A stretch of 64,000 bases of DNA, taken from assembly GCF_001194135.2 (NCBI RefSeq), contig NC_068983.1:84660338-84724337 (forward strand). Reading direction: 5' to 3'. The notes under the pieces are model-generated. The model was not told the DNA's origin, searched no databases, and saw only the letters and a list, made by a program, of their open reading frames with translations. The translations under genes and the position numbers were made by a program. This document shows positions 51,030 through 64,000 of the stretch, one piece after another. How positions within the stretch are numbered: the stretch's first letter is position 1; each line of letters opens with the position of its first letter. This DNA comes from Octopus bimaculoides. Its lineage: Eukaryota.

Positions 51030-52000
51030 GATCACGCTATGTAACAGAATTTTTGTCTTTCGAAAACAAATGCCATTTCCTGTTTGGTTAGGTCTAAAAG
51101 TATGAATAATGGCTATTATTTACTTCAAACTTTGTTTTTGTGGCCAGAATAAAGACATTTCTTAAGTTTGATTAATACCATTGGGAAAACCGGCAAATAT
51201 GAACATTGCCATTCATTCAAAGTAGGATCCAAACAACCTATAGTTCAAAAGTGGCATCTATTTATTCTAGGATTGCAGAAAAGATACCATAAAATATTTA
51301 GACACTAGTAGTTTTTCGCGATTTACGCTTATACTGTAAATTACTTTCACGAATAAGCGACCAAACATCCATTATATCTTGGTGGAATAGCTCACCGTGC
51401 TCCTCCGAGTACGCTCCCATGTTCTCTCAACATGAGCGTCAAGGATGTGGACATTGAGGGACATCCTGCAGCCCATTTTGCCGTAGTTTTTCATCAGCGT
51501 CTCAACAAGCTCTACATAGTTTACGGCTTTGTGATTTCCCAGGAACTCTCGAACCACTGCAACAAAGCTGTTCTACGCTGATTCCTCCGTCTCAGTGAGC
51601 TTCTTGAGGAATTCCTTGTACTCTAAGATCTTCTTCATTTGGGGTCCAACGAAGACACCGGCTTTCACTTTTGTCTCAGAAAAGCTTAGGAAAAAAGTCT
51701 TTAAGATATCTGAAGGTTGAAGATTCCTGATCTAGATCCGAAGCAAACTGTTTCATAAGACCCAATTTTATGTGTAGTGGAGGAAACAATACATTCTGGG
51801 AGTGCAACAGTGGGGTCCAACATTTTTACACTTAATTCCACTATCCAAATAAACAAAATTTTCCATAATAGCTTCTTTTGCAGAGTTGATGTGCCCAGGG
51901 TTTATCCTGATCCTCGACAGGCATGCCGAAATATGCCTTGTAGGCTTCCCACATTTTAGCAGATGTTGTTATAGAGTACTATTTTGCTCTTTTAGTAAAT
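51030..52000 (-). mobile_element. Internally deleted DNA transposon, Chapaev3-like (CMC) transposase remnant; ends approximate
   Basis: YKAYFGMPVEDQDKPWAH, PPLHIKLGLMKQF, FPKLSETKVKAGVFVGPQMKK, FLGNHKAVNYVELVETLMKNYGKMGCRMSLNVHILDAH; family name from recall. Confidence 0.75.
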
Positions 52001-53699
52001 TAAAATTTCAGAAATTAGGTAACTTTATTTATTTTTTTACTTGAAAATTGCAAATAATCACTATTATTGTTTAAATATCTTGTAATATCGCTACTACATC
52101 AACTAATGCAGGTATAAGTGGGAAGAGAATTTTTCGTGAAATAATGTTTCTCTTCTTTCCTGAAACTAATTGCGAGATAACGCCACCTTCAGAGACAGAG
52201 TTTTGAATTCATGCTTTAAGGATAGCATGTTTCCTGTTACGAGTTTAAACTTTAGATGTATTCTACACTTTGGTCTGTATTTTCAGAAAATATTGATGGT
52301 GTGTGATGAAATTGCTGTTTATCTCCTACCTTATGAGATTTAAAAATCGGTGCAAAATGTTTACTAAAACTAGAAAAGTTTTGGTAATGGAATTACACAA
52401 TGTAATTTCATTACATTGTGTAATTTCATTATTATATGCATTATATCTTCTGAGTATTCTTTCAGAATAATAGCTGCTGAATATATAAAGAGAAATCAAT
52501 TGCTCAATACGAATTATTACTTCTTTTCATAAGACTTCTAAGTCGTTAAAAGTGTTATGCTCCATATTCTCTGATTTCGCGAAACTATACCTGAGAAGAA
52601 GCAGATGTTTTTGTCATTGTTCTTGTTGCTGCTCTTCTATTTCTTTGAAATTTTCAGTTACAGGGCGGTCAGTATGTTCAACTTCTTTTTTATGCATCTC
52701 ATATTATGTAATATTGACGATACTCATTACATAGTTAATTTAAATCATTATCTACCCCAGCCATATGAGCTAGCACGACTAATATACTAGCCAAAGAAGG
52801 ATGGAAAAAAGAATTAAAAATAAAGAAAAAAATTGTTCCTAACATTAAAAAAATATACATATAATGTCAATGTATTATGTCTCAAAGAAAGGGAAAGTTT
52901 CACCGTTTTAGACATAGACAGATAGTGAAGAGAGCTAATTAGATAAGAAAGATATGTCCGTATGTTGTTAAAGGGTCATGATAATGAGAGATAACAGAAG
53001 CGGGAAGGTAGTTAGGTGGTGTGTTGGTAGAAGAGAATGTAGAGGGATAAGGGGTAGAAATGTGGCTCATATGTGAAAAGATGAAGAATGTGTGAATTTG
53101 TATATGAGTTAGCTTAACAGTATGTATGTATCTAAAATGGTCGAGTAATATGAGTGTCTGTGAAAGGTATTGGTGGTGGTGAAAAGAGATAGAAAGGAAT
53201 TGGAGGAAGATTTAGAAATAGATACAATTACTCTGTATTCTACTCTTTATTTTACTCAGTCGTTCTTAAATATATAAAATCTTTCACAACACAAAGGTCA
53301 TTGTAACCGTGCAGCAGTCCCTGGCTTGTACACGTATCTTGCTCAACGGTAGTCAACATTTTCCTTATAACAGTATCTTATAGTAGTATTTTTTCAGAAT
53401 ATGTGAATGTAAAGTTATTATAGAAGGAAAAGATTGAATCTACTCCCGTGTATCTCTCAAGGATCTTACATTATAGGAATCGAAAAGAAGAGAAAAAAAG
53501 ACAAACTCGGCAAAAATATAATTCGCAAGTGATTTATCAACTTATCACAAAGCATTTATTTCAGAATGCTACATTTTCTGACATCACGCCACTTACAATA
53601 TTTGTTCAAACTCCATTGATTGAAAATAAAAAGGAAGACAGTTGTCGGTTTTGAACCGTAAACTTCATCTTTTATCTATCACAAAAAAAAAGAAGAAAA

Positions 53700-54420
53700 A
53701 ATGTCTAGTGAGGACCGGTGAACGCAAAATCTCACCAAGTTAAGCCTTTACATTACTATGGTAGTGTAGGTGTACCGCATCTTGCTAGGAATAAAATCCC
53801 ATATCTTGAAAGTCCTCTCGAATGCTTGGCAAGACAGATTGCCGTATTAAGTTAAAGTAAATGGGACCATTCACTTCGTAGAACCGCCTTCTACCCACCA
53901 AAAAACACGAAAAAAAAAAAGAAAGAATAGTCCAATTAATCCTTTCGCTGATAAACCGCCCCATACTGTAACTCCTGGTTAATCTGATGTTCCTCCGTAA
54001 TATACGGATTCTCACGTCCCCAGTAGGTTAAATTGTGATGGTTAACTGAGCCATTTAATTTAAATGAAGTTTCATCATTACCGACAATCTTTGTTGGATA
54101 GTGAGCATCATCTACGTATCTTGTCGAGCACCATTGACAAAACTTCACTTTTCGACCTGGATCATCTTCATCGAGACTATGCTTGGAATGTAGCGTTCCC
54201 GATTACAGCGCTTCAAAATGTGATGGACGCTTGATTTTGAAATTCCTATCTAACGACTCACCACAGATTTTCTTAAACGCTGCCAATACGTTTCTTGTAT
54301 ATACTCTTGCTTTGTAGGGCTCGTCGATGTCCGCGGTCTTCCGGGCAAAATAGTTAGAAACATTTTGTCAGTCTTCATGTTCTGTGCTTAAATTCCGCCA
54401 CTCTGGGCCATTATGAAACT
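53700..54420 (-). mobile_element. Decayed Tc1/mariner-superfamily transposase
   Basis: [48 protein letters not shown], a QD-type second Asp region, and RSPVLT (for RSPDLT). Confidence 0.85.
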
Positions 54421-55652
54421 ATTATGAACATTTCCATCTCCTTCAAACATTTCTTAAATTCTAGCGATGGTAAATTGTTAAGTGGATCTGCTTGCAAGTC
54501 TTCCTTAAACTGTCTTTGCACTTCAACTGCATTTAAAAATTTTCAGTTACACTTTAGGACAGTGGATTGGATTGGAAACAAACTGTTTTTAGGATTCAAT
54601 TTGTAGTCTTTAATTCTAAAAAGTAACAAAAAAAAAACGTAACAAATCTAAAAGATCGAAAAGGAAGTCTTAGATAGTTGCACTTTGAAGTCATAAGTAC
54701 ATTCAAAACGCAGTTTTGAATGTACTTATGAGAAAAACATCATAAGAAGTTGTAACTAATTTCTACTTCTTGCCAATAAATAGGTCATCATTAATACGCC
54801 ATCCTATTATCTATCACACAGCATGGTTATGCTGACCATGAAATGTTATGAAGAGAATGCACGACTTCCTTTTGCCATTCATTATGTAATTAACGGTAAT
54901 TTGCTGGTTTTACCAACCTAATTGAAAAACATCAACCGCAATATAGCTATTAAATTGCTTCTTCATTTATTGTAAATAAAAAATGTAAATATACTTTTCT
55001 TCCACTTTTAGATGTTTTTTTTTTGCTTGCAGGTTCCATAAACAAGCAAATATTATAACACTGATCTAATACTCATTTAACGATTGCGATTGTACCCGTG
55101 CGTGACGCTGGCATGTGGAAACAATTACTACTTTATGGTGTTTATATTCCGGAAGAGGGTCGGATAATTGGTTTAGAGGTCAGTGGGCTTGGTATTTTTT
55201 GATCATAACAAGTGGGCCCAAAGATGAAAAAGATTGAGAACAACTGCTTTAGAACATATTTTCATTGTTCAAAGCTTAGTCTGTGTCCTTTCATCATTTC
55301 TAATGGGATAAATTTTAAAAGAAATGAAAATTGAGTTATCAGTTGTTAAAATGTGTATAAATATTTTGCGACACCGTGTATGTATGTATGTATGTATGTA
55401 TGCATGTATGTATGTATGTATGTATGTTTGTATGTATGTATGTATGTATGTATGTATGTATGTATGTATATCAGAGGTGTGCTAGGTGTGTGCTGTAACC
55501 CACAAAAAATGGCAATTCCTTATAAATATTAACCTTATTCATTAATTTAATCCCAAATCTTAATGGAAAATTTTCGTTATAACCCTGCTTGGTGGTATTG
55601 AGTGTGGTAGTATACCCAATACAACAACCAACATACGCCACTGATATATATA

Positions 55653-56130
55653 TAAGTAGTGTGATAAATTATAAGAAAGGTTAGTTCTTTCATTTTATGA
55701 TATTTCCTTTTTATCTTTCATCTACTGTTATGATGATAGAGCAAGCAGTTTAATGTCTTTAATAGGGAACAGCTACGGTGTCATTAGATCTATGCAAATT
55801 CTGAAAAAAAAACTAAGAGAAAGAGAAAACAAACAAAATATATACATACATACACACATACATGCATACATATGTATATACTTGTATATATATATATTTA
55901 TAAAGGTATAACACCACGCATTCTTTTTCAAGTAAGTTTTATCTTAATAATTCTGATGCACCACTTCCATTCTATTCTATTATATTCTATTCTATTCTAT
56001 TCCATTCTATTACTCTTCCGTTTTCTCTCTTCCTTTCTCTAATTCTTTTTATCTCCCCTTCTTCTCCCTCTCGTTTTTTCTCTTATCCTTTTTCTCATTC
56101 TTTCCTCTCCCCTTCGCCGTTCTCTGTCTG

Positions 56131-56180
<50 letters not shown>

Positions 56181-56749
56181 TCCTTTGCTCTCTCGTTGCT
56201 CCCACGTGACCACCGGCCATCTTTCTTTCTTTTCCTTACTTGTGTTTCTTTGTTTCTTTCTTTCTGATTCAGCTGGAGGGATCAGACGCATTCTTGTCTG
56301 TCTCCTGTCCAAGCTTACTTCTCCGCGTTCGCCACCTCACCTCGTTTAGGCTTAGCAGCCCTTCCTGTTTGTTTTCACTGTCCTGTTTGTGTAATCGATT
56401 TTGACCCTCAGCAAAATCTCAAATTTCATTTAATTTTCGTTGCGGGAGCAACTATTTTTTATCGAAGGCGTATCTTGTCATGAATTGCTCGAAATACGGA
56501 TTAGAAAACAGCCAACAGCTGATGAAGGGTCGTTCTTTGTGTTGCGTGTCTTGTTTTCCATTTGTTTCTTTCGTTGTTCGTAAAAAAAGTTTATATTCCA
56601 TGTATTCGTATTTCGTATTTCATGGTTTCGTATTTTATGTTGTTTACGTTTTGTGACGTCCTGTGCCCACATATGCATATGCATGTACGTATATATGTAA
56701 GTATGTACATATACGTATGTGTCTATGTAAGTATGTACATATACGTATG

Positions 56750-56791
<42 letters not shown>

Positions 56792-57004
56792 NNNNNNNNN
56801 NAACTAAGTGACGTGATAAATCATGAGAAGGATTAGTTCTTTCATGTTATGATATTTCCTTTTTATCTTTCATCTACTCTTATGATATTGGATGACAGAG
56901 GAGTTTAATGTCTTTAATAGAGAACAGCTACAGTGTCATTAGATCTATGCAAATTCTGAAAACAAAAAAAAAACAGAAAAAGAGAAAGAGAAAACAAACA
57001 AAAT
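55653..57004 (+). repeat. Diverged ~190-bp direct repeat pair (55653-55839 and 56805-57004)
   Basis: Shared ttagttctttcat..gatatttcctttttatctttcatctact..gtcattagatctatgcaaattctgaaaa, with scattered substitutions and indels. Confidence 0.85.
56200..56690 (+). repeat. ~500-bp interspersed repeat (family D)
   Basis: Homologous to the reverse complement of 30535-31045. Confidence 0.65.
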
Positions 57005-58020
57005 CAATTCAGATCCACCCGTCATCGCAGCTTCTAAATGACGTCATCGGAGATTTAAATCTATTTTTGCTTTATTAGATAAGTAACAAGATTTACATGA
57101 CTAGAAAATTAAAAGTAAAATGCATAATGCACGGCTCCAAGAGTCTATTAATGGTTTTCTTTTAAGCCAAAATCTTATAGCATTGTTTTAAAGATTAAAT
57201 AGATGAACGGGGAAGCTTCTTTCTATACTGCTTCATAAAATCTTTCCCTCGCTGCAGTTTCTTTACTTATCTGCATGTACTAGGACACATTACTTATTGC
57301 TGCTATTTTTATTACTTAACAAATTCAATTATTCAGTGTTTCTTATAATATACTGCTTAAATCATTTAGCTTTTAAAGGTTATTTAAGATTTCCATCTGA
57401 GTTCATCGACGTCATGGTATTTCTCCTTAAATTGAACAAGCAATTTATAACCATGGCAATCTGCGCCAGCTGAACCAGTTATGATTTTGGCACAGTTCAT
57501 GCAATTCCATTACAACGAACATTTTAATAAACCCGAACAGAGCAGAAGAGCTAAGTAAAAATGGATTATTTAAGGGCAACTAATTCCGAATGAACTAACC
57601 ATGACTAATTCAATTGGAATTAAATTTTCAAGATTTCAGTATTAAACACAATTAACGCACCTTTTATCAATGTCTTTTCCACCCCCAGCTCCTCCAGCAC
57701 CTACATACTTACCGTTACCGCGTTCATCGAGTTTATTTCCTCTGGAAATATTTTCCGCTAAACCATACATATACATAGACAAGATAAATGTATGTATGTT
57801 TTAGGTATGTAGGTATGTGTACACGGAGATATAGTATATATGTATTTATGTATATATATATAGGGAAATGTGTATGTTTATGTGTAGTGTGTGTGTGTGT
57901 GTGTGGTTATGTATAGTCTGTGTGCATGTGAACAGCGTCATTAGATTGGCACAAATATGTACATACACTTTTATATAGTTATATACATATATTTATATAT
58001 TTGTGTATGCTACTTAAGTG

Positions 58021-58057
<37 letters not shown>

Positions 58058-58615
58058 GTCTGTCTGTCTGTCTGTCTGTCTATATGTGTACAGACAAAGA
58101 CGCAAACAAATATACACATAGTTACACACATTTATACACATTCATGCGAGAGACAGAGTGAAAGTGAGAAAGTGAATATGAGATGTATGCGGTTGATTGT
58201 CACTTAGTTGAAGGCTGCTTAATCGAAGGCACCTAACTTCATTAAAATCGATAAGTGAACAGACTTAATATGGCTGCTGATACCATCTAGAAACTGTACT
58301 TGTTTTATGTAAGAAAAATATAGTTATATTGGGTAAATTTTATGTATAGTGTTGATACATTTAATAGAAACAGTATATTTTTCTTGCGTATTGTCAATTT
58401 TTTCTCGAAACAGTATCTTATAAAACAAAACATTTCTCATTTATCTATTTCTCTCACTCTTCCTCTCACTTTCTCTTTCTCTCTCTCCTCACTCTCACAC
58501 ACACACATGCGTACATATGTTCCTACATACAGATGTAGATACATTACTACTTATATATATGTATACGCTCACACGTATGTTCAGAGAAGGAGAGCGAGAG
58601 AGAGAGAGTGAGAGA

Positions 58616-58661
<46 letters not shown>

Positions 58662-58888
58662 NNNNNNNNNNNNNNNNNNNNNNNNNNNNNNNNNNNNNNN
58701 NNNNNNNNNNNNNNNNNNNNNNNNNNNNNNNNNNNNNNNNNNNNNNNNNNNNNNNNNNNNNNNNNNNNNNNNNNNNNNNNNNNNNNNNNNNNNNNNNNNN
58801 NNNNNNNNNNNNNNNNNNNNNNNNNNNNNNNNNNNNNNNNNNNNNNNNNNNNNNNNNNNNNNNNNNNNNNNNNNNNNNNNNNNNNNNN

Positions 58889-59040
58889 ATGTTCTGAGTT
58901 CAAATTCCACCGAGGTCAACTTTGCCTTTCATCCTTTCGGGGTCGATAAATTAAGTACCAGTTGCGTCCTGGGTCGATCTAATCGACTGGCCCCCTCCCC
59001 CAAAATTTCGGGCCTTGTGCCTAGAGTAGATAAGGATATT
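58889..59040 (+). mobile_element. SINE (family A), 5' part lost in a gap
   Basis: gttctgagttcaaattccaccgaggtcaactttgcctttcatcctttcggggtcgataaattaagtaccag.. Confidence 0.9.
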
Positions 59041-59141
59041 GGGGGAATAGGACGATACAAAAGGATGACGCGACGAGACTGGATAATAATAATTATTTGT
59101 AAGTGTAAGAATAATTAGATACAACAAATATTTAAGTCTAT

Positions 59142-59532
59142 GGTTGTTGTTGTTGGCACTCCGTCGCTTACGACGTCGAGGGTTCCAGTTGATCCGATCA
59201 ACGGAACAGCCTGCTCGTGAAATTAGCGTGCAAGTGGCTGAGCACTCCACAGACACGTGTACCCTTAACGTAGTTCTCGGGGAGAATCAGCGTGACACAG
59301 TGTGACAAGGCTGACCCTTTGAATTACAGGCACAACAGAAACAGGAAGTAAGAGTGAGAGCAAGTTGTGGTGGAAGAGTACAGCAGGGTTCACCACAACC
59401 CCCTGCTGGAGCCTCGAGGAACTTTAGGTATTTTCGTTCAATAAACACTCACAACGCCCGGCCTGAGAATCGAAACTGCGATCCTATGACCGCGAGTCCG
59501 CTGCCCTAACCCCTGTGCTATTGCGCCTCCAC
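59142..59532 (-). mobile_element. Full-length tRNA-derived SINE (family E) with (AAC)n tail
   Basis: Minus strand begins gtggaggcgcaatagcacaggggttagggcagcggac..gtttcgattctc (A/B boxes) and ends caacaacaacc. Confidence 0.85.
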
Positions 59533-59560
59533 CAAGTCTGTGGACACGCACACATATGTA

Positions 59561-59623
<63 letters not shown>

Positions 59624-61674
59624 GTGTTTGTTTCAACTGGCCTTTGGCGATCAGACATAGTTTGCTAGCATGAAATGAGCCATCACTTGGTGTACTCATT
59701 ATATGTATGCCTTCCCGCACACAAACGCGTTAATACACATATTTTTCCCAACACAGAAATAGGTTACAGATATGAAACGCGTTTAAATAATTAGAAACAA
59801 AATCATAACAAGTGAAACAGTTTTCAGTTTTCTGAGAAAAATATGATGATCTAATGGATGAACTGACAACCACTTAGCCTAGATTCATGAGTTCATATCT
59901 CGTCGGTGGTTCTTCATCTTATTCTAAGCGAGGCACTTCGTTTCAAGAGACTCACCTATCTTGCAAGGAGTATAAATAAGAATAGGGGTTGCCAATCTAA
60001 GAAGAGAACTGACAGTAGGTTTTCTGTACTGACCTAATCTGTCTCCTGCTTTAACATAACTCTTGATGCTCGGGTGCCTTTAGTGGTGTCCACTCGGCTG
60101 CATGTATTCTGACTGGATATTTTATCCGAGAATAACTCGATACCTTGACGTGCTGCTTCTTGCTGCATCAACAAAAGAGTTTTGGTTCCATCTTGCCTTT
60201 CCTCACTTTCCAACTACAAAGGTTATGTACGAGTCATATTCTTCTTTCTTTGACTACTAGAACCATCTCAGTTGTAATAAATATATGAAATTCAATTAAA
60301 CTAGCAAACTCGTTTCAATATAATATATGAGCGCCATCTTTGATTGCATACATAACAAAGGTTGAGTGAATGAGAGATAAATGCCTTGGTCTGTTTCAAT
60401 GCAGCAATGAATACGATACGAACTTAAACTTTTTGGTCATGAATTTTACCAGTGAAAACACAAATCATTAAGGAACTCATTGTAGCGTAACAATCAATAC
60501 CAATAATTGTCGCTGTATTATGCCTTAATTTAAACGCATATTTAATACACTCACTATATTATATACACATTTCTTTAGAATCATTAGGATGTTGAAAACC
60601 GTTTCTCGTAGCATTTGTTACAGCTTTGTGTACTCTTATATCAAAATTACACTGATAACTCTTTGTTTTTCATCATTTAGAGGTCAATAAATAAAGTACC
60701 AGTCCTAAATTACTCCCTCTCTTTCTATCTCTCCATCTCACAAGTTTGCTGTCTCTCTTTCTCTCTCACATGCACGCAAGAATGCGTGCAAGTGAGAATT
60801 GCGTTAAAGGTACGCGTGTCTATAGAATATCCAGCAACTGACGTGTCAAATCCAGGAGATAGAATTCAGTTAGTCGAATAATTGAATGCTCAGCACCAAG
60901 ATCGCCGAAGAATTCGCCATCACTCACTCCTTTAACTATAGATCACATTAACCGAAGCAATATGAGGTGTTTGACTTTCCGGAGGATTGTTGAAGATTCT
61001 ATTACAATTTAATTGTTATAAATCTGCCTGCTTTTGTGAAAGCAACAAACATTTAAAAGTACACGCGGTTTAATTTATATTGCTAACTTAAAACAACAAA
61101 TATTTTAATGTCCATTATTTTCTATGATGGAACACCTACTTCATTGCAAACGTTGCCATGATATTGGAATTTTATTTCTTTCTAAATGCAATATTTGTCA
61201 ACAGTTTTGTATTGCAGAAAGTAAAGTTTTTGCTATATCATGTTTGCTTTATGCAACCGCAAAAACATGATACATCAGTATTTAAAAAATGAATTTATGA
61301 TGAGCAAAAAACTTTTAAAGGAGGGGTAAATTGATTATATAGAGCCTAGTGTTCAACTGGTTCTTATTTTATTTGAAGAAACTTTTATCTGCGAAAATAG
61401 TAGTAAAATTTCCAAGTTACCACCTGCTACATCAAAAAACAATGAACCCATTGGATAGTGTACTATGAGGCACACTATGCCTAAAAAAGGCGGTATGATC
61501 ATTGCTAAAATATTAAAAGCCCACTTGATCAGTGCCGGCACGATGGTAAAGCAACAGTAAAGAAAAAGATAAAGAAGAATAACAAAATAATCATTTGTGA
61601 ACAGTGCTGTCATTAGTCGACGTTTTCACCAAGCAAAGAATCCTTAGTGACTAATATAGTTTTACTGAAATTCA

Positions 61675-61965
61675 GCTTGGTACGCCGGACAAAAATCCCT
61701 AGTCTTATTTCGTCCCTCTTTACGTACTGAGTTCAAATTTTGCTGAGGCTGATTTTGCATTTAATTCTTTCGGGGTCGATAAAATAAGTACCAGTTGCAC
61801 ACTGGCGTCCATATAATCGACCTAAACCCCACTCCTTTAAAATTGATGATTTCATGCAACCATTTCTAACATTAGAACAACGGTACAAGCTTTGCTGGAT
61901 TTGAACTCGGAACATGCAGTACAGAACTAAATACCATAAAGTATTTCTACGGCTCGCTAACGATG
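61675..61965. mobile_element. Sense SINE (family A, 61675-61870) followed by an antisense SINE head (61889-61965)
   Basis: gtactgagttcaaatttt..cggggtcgataaaataagtaccag on +; gatttgaactcggaac..ctaacgat on the opposite strand. Confidence 0.7.
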
Positions 61966-62355
61966 TCTCCATCATTAACTGTTCCTGCGTCCAAAGTTGT
62001 GTGTCGTTGATATTCACTTTTAAATTCCGTAGGGTGTTCTTGTCTCAAAGTAAAATGTGGTCAGGGAGGGATGCAGTTTCGAAGAGTAAGGACTGGGTAA
62101 ATATTCCTCATTCAAGTGCATGAGTGGGTTGCGGTGAGGTAAAATAGGAAGAAGTGGCTATATCGATGGGTCTGAGTGGGATACGCATATCACTTCAGCG
62201 ATTTACAATTTCGAAATTGTTGTAGAGAAAAGCTAGGATTATTATCATAAATACATAGCTTTCTATAAACCTCTTTCATGACTTTTCGGTTTTGTTTTCC
62301 CTCTCTCTCACTGGAATCCTGTTTGTCTCTATTTTCTTTCTCGTCCTTTCTCCTA

Positions 62356-62391
<36 letters not shown>

Positions 62392-63316
62392 GCGTTTTTT
62401 CTCACTCTCATCTTTCTCTAGAACATTTGGTTAAATTTCTCCAAATCACTTTTTTTTTAAAAACTTGCTCTCACAATATCTGCAGTATTATCTGTTTCTC
62501 TTTCTCAAACCTTTGCCTTTTGTTCTATGGTTTCCTTTCTCCGTCTCTGTAGTTTTCTTCCAAAATATTACATTATACGATAAAAGCCATACAGTTATCA
62601 CGTAAAAAGCGAAAAGCTATTAATATGTATTATGTCCACATATCTGTAGGGATAATATTTGTAACTGACATTCTCCATCCTTAAGCCATCTTTGAAACAA
62701 ATCTAATCTTGTTTCAAAAATAGTTTTTGTTTTCGAGATACTCAAAATGTTATAATTTTCTTACACATTTACGAATATTCATACATTATTTGACCTTTTC
62801 TTGTTTGTTTTCTTTTAATTAAAAAAAAAACTCATGGAACAATTTCGTCATAATTAAAAATTTAAATTAGATTTGTATTTTTTTAATTAACATATTATCA
62901 AACAAATCAGACATTTTCCGGGAGCCTTTAGGGGAAACTGACTTGATCAAAATATATATAAACACGGCCAAACTTCAGAAACTTTCTATTGATCTAAACC
63001 TTTGTTAATGCCATGATTCCACAAAGAGCTGGAATTATTGTTGAAATTGAAAACTTCGATAGTGAAATTTTGACTATAGTGCTATCGAATATTTTTTTTC
63101 AAGAAGCAAATCTATCAAATCTATGGGAGTTGATATACTTTGATACAAGCGCGTGCGCACAGGCACAAACGCATACACACACCCATATACACACAGATAT
63201 GTAAACTTGTACACACTCACAGTTAGACATGTAAACATCTTTATGTGTGTATATACACAGATACAGACACACACACGCTCACACACACAAACACTACACA
63301 CACACACACACATACA

Positions 63317-63419
<103 letters not shown>

Positions 63420-63440
63420 CACACTCACATATATAAACTT

Positions 63441-63665
63441 GTGGAGGCGTGTGCCTTAATGGTTAGACTCATGATCGTAATATTGTAGTTTAGATTCCTG
63501 GATCGGGCACTCCGCTCTGTTCTTGAGCAAAACAGTCTGCTCAGCTGGCAAAAAATGAGTAATCCTACGGAGGACTGGCGTCCCGTTCAGTGGGTAATAT
63601 ATACGCCATAGAAACCCGAAGCTGGCCCTTATGAGTCTATATAACTCGGGAAGGAGCTTTATCTT
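63441..63665 (+). mobile_element. tRNA-derived CORE-type SINE
   Basis: gtggaggcgtgtgccttaatggttagac..gtttagattcctgg..tgttcttgagcaaaac. Confidence 0.75.
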
Positions 63666-64000
63666 TTCTTATATTCTTACACCCCCCCCACATCTATAGC
63701 AATATTCATTCTTGTAGTTTGCACATACGCCTGGATTTCTCCTACTCCTGCTACTCCTCCTTCTCGAAAAACGGCGAAATGCTATAAGTCGGAACAGGGA
63801 GAAACTATAAATATGGGTGATCAAGGTGGCTTAAGGCATTGTCTTGAAAATATCTGAGTAACATGAAGGAGATATAGGAAACAAAAGAAGTTTATGAGCC
63901 AGCCACCACTTAACCTATTATAAATATTGATAAAAATCTTTAAATCAAAGTCCACTGTTTTTAAACAAGGAACGACATATAGGATAGTGTATAAACGAAG

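Noticed and set aside
59440-59532. tRNA gene (also 43471-43539 and 63441-63510)
   Set aside because: A/B boxes are present but there is no intact cloverleaf, and the heads run into SINE bodies or are truncated
59950-60090. Minus-strand donor TAG|GTGAGT with 41 open codons
   Set aside because: No credible acceptor and no recognisable peptide

Overview
AT-rich animal genomic DNA, dense in microsatellites and N gaps, most likely a coleoid cephalopod (Octopus-type SINEs; inferred from memory, no database search). Most of the window is intronic or intergenic and filled with decayed mobile elements: tRNA-derived SINEs, CR1-like and Tx1/L1-like LINEs, a Penelope element, Tc1/mariner and Chapaev-like transposase remnants, and hAT and other MITEs. 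The only solid coding feature is a ~3.7-kb single-exon ORF on + (19741-23445, 1234 aa; open from 19558). It encodes an acidic, probably disordered protein with an N-myristoylation plus polybasic N-terminus, a second polybasic patch, an RRLS PKA site, a helix matching the AKAP RII-binding consensus, a coiled coil and five cryptic 13-aa Tyr repeats at the C-terminus. This resembles a gravin/DAKAP200/MARCKS-style membrane scaffold, but I cannot name an orthologue. The exon has its own AATAAA and a perfect internal phase-0 donor, and two small downstream ATG-bearing exon candidates also end in phase 0, suggesting interchangeable N-termini. Other notable signals are a minimal hammerhead ribozyme motif, a SINE/LINE shared 3' tail, tandem RFX X-boxes in a MITE and a minus-strand exon candidate resembling a channel S6 helix. 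Nearly all other ORFs in the supplied track are microsatellite or gap artefacts.
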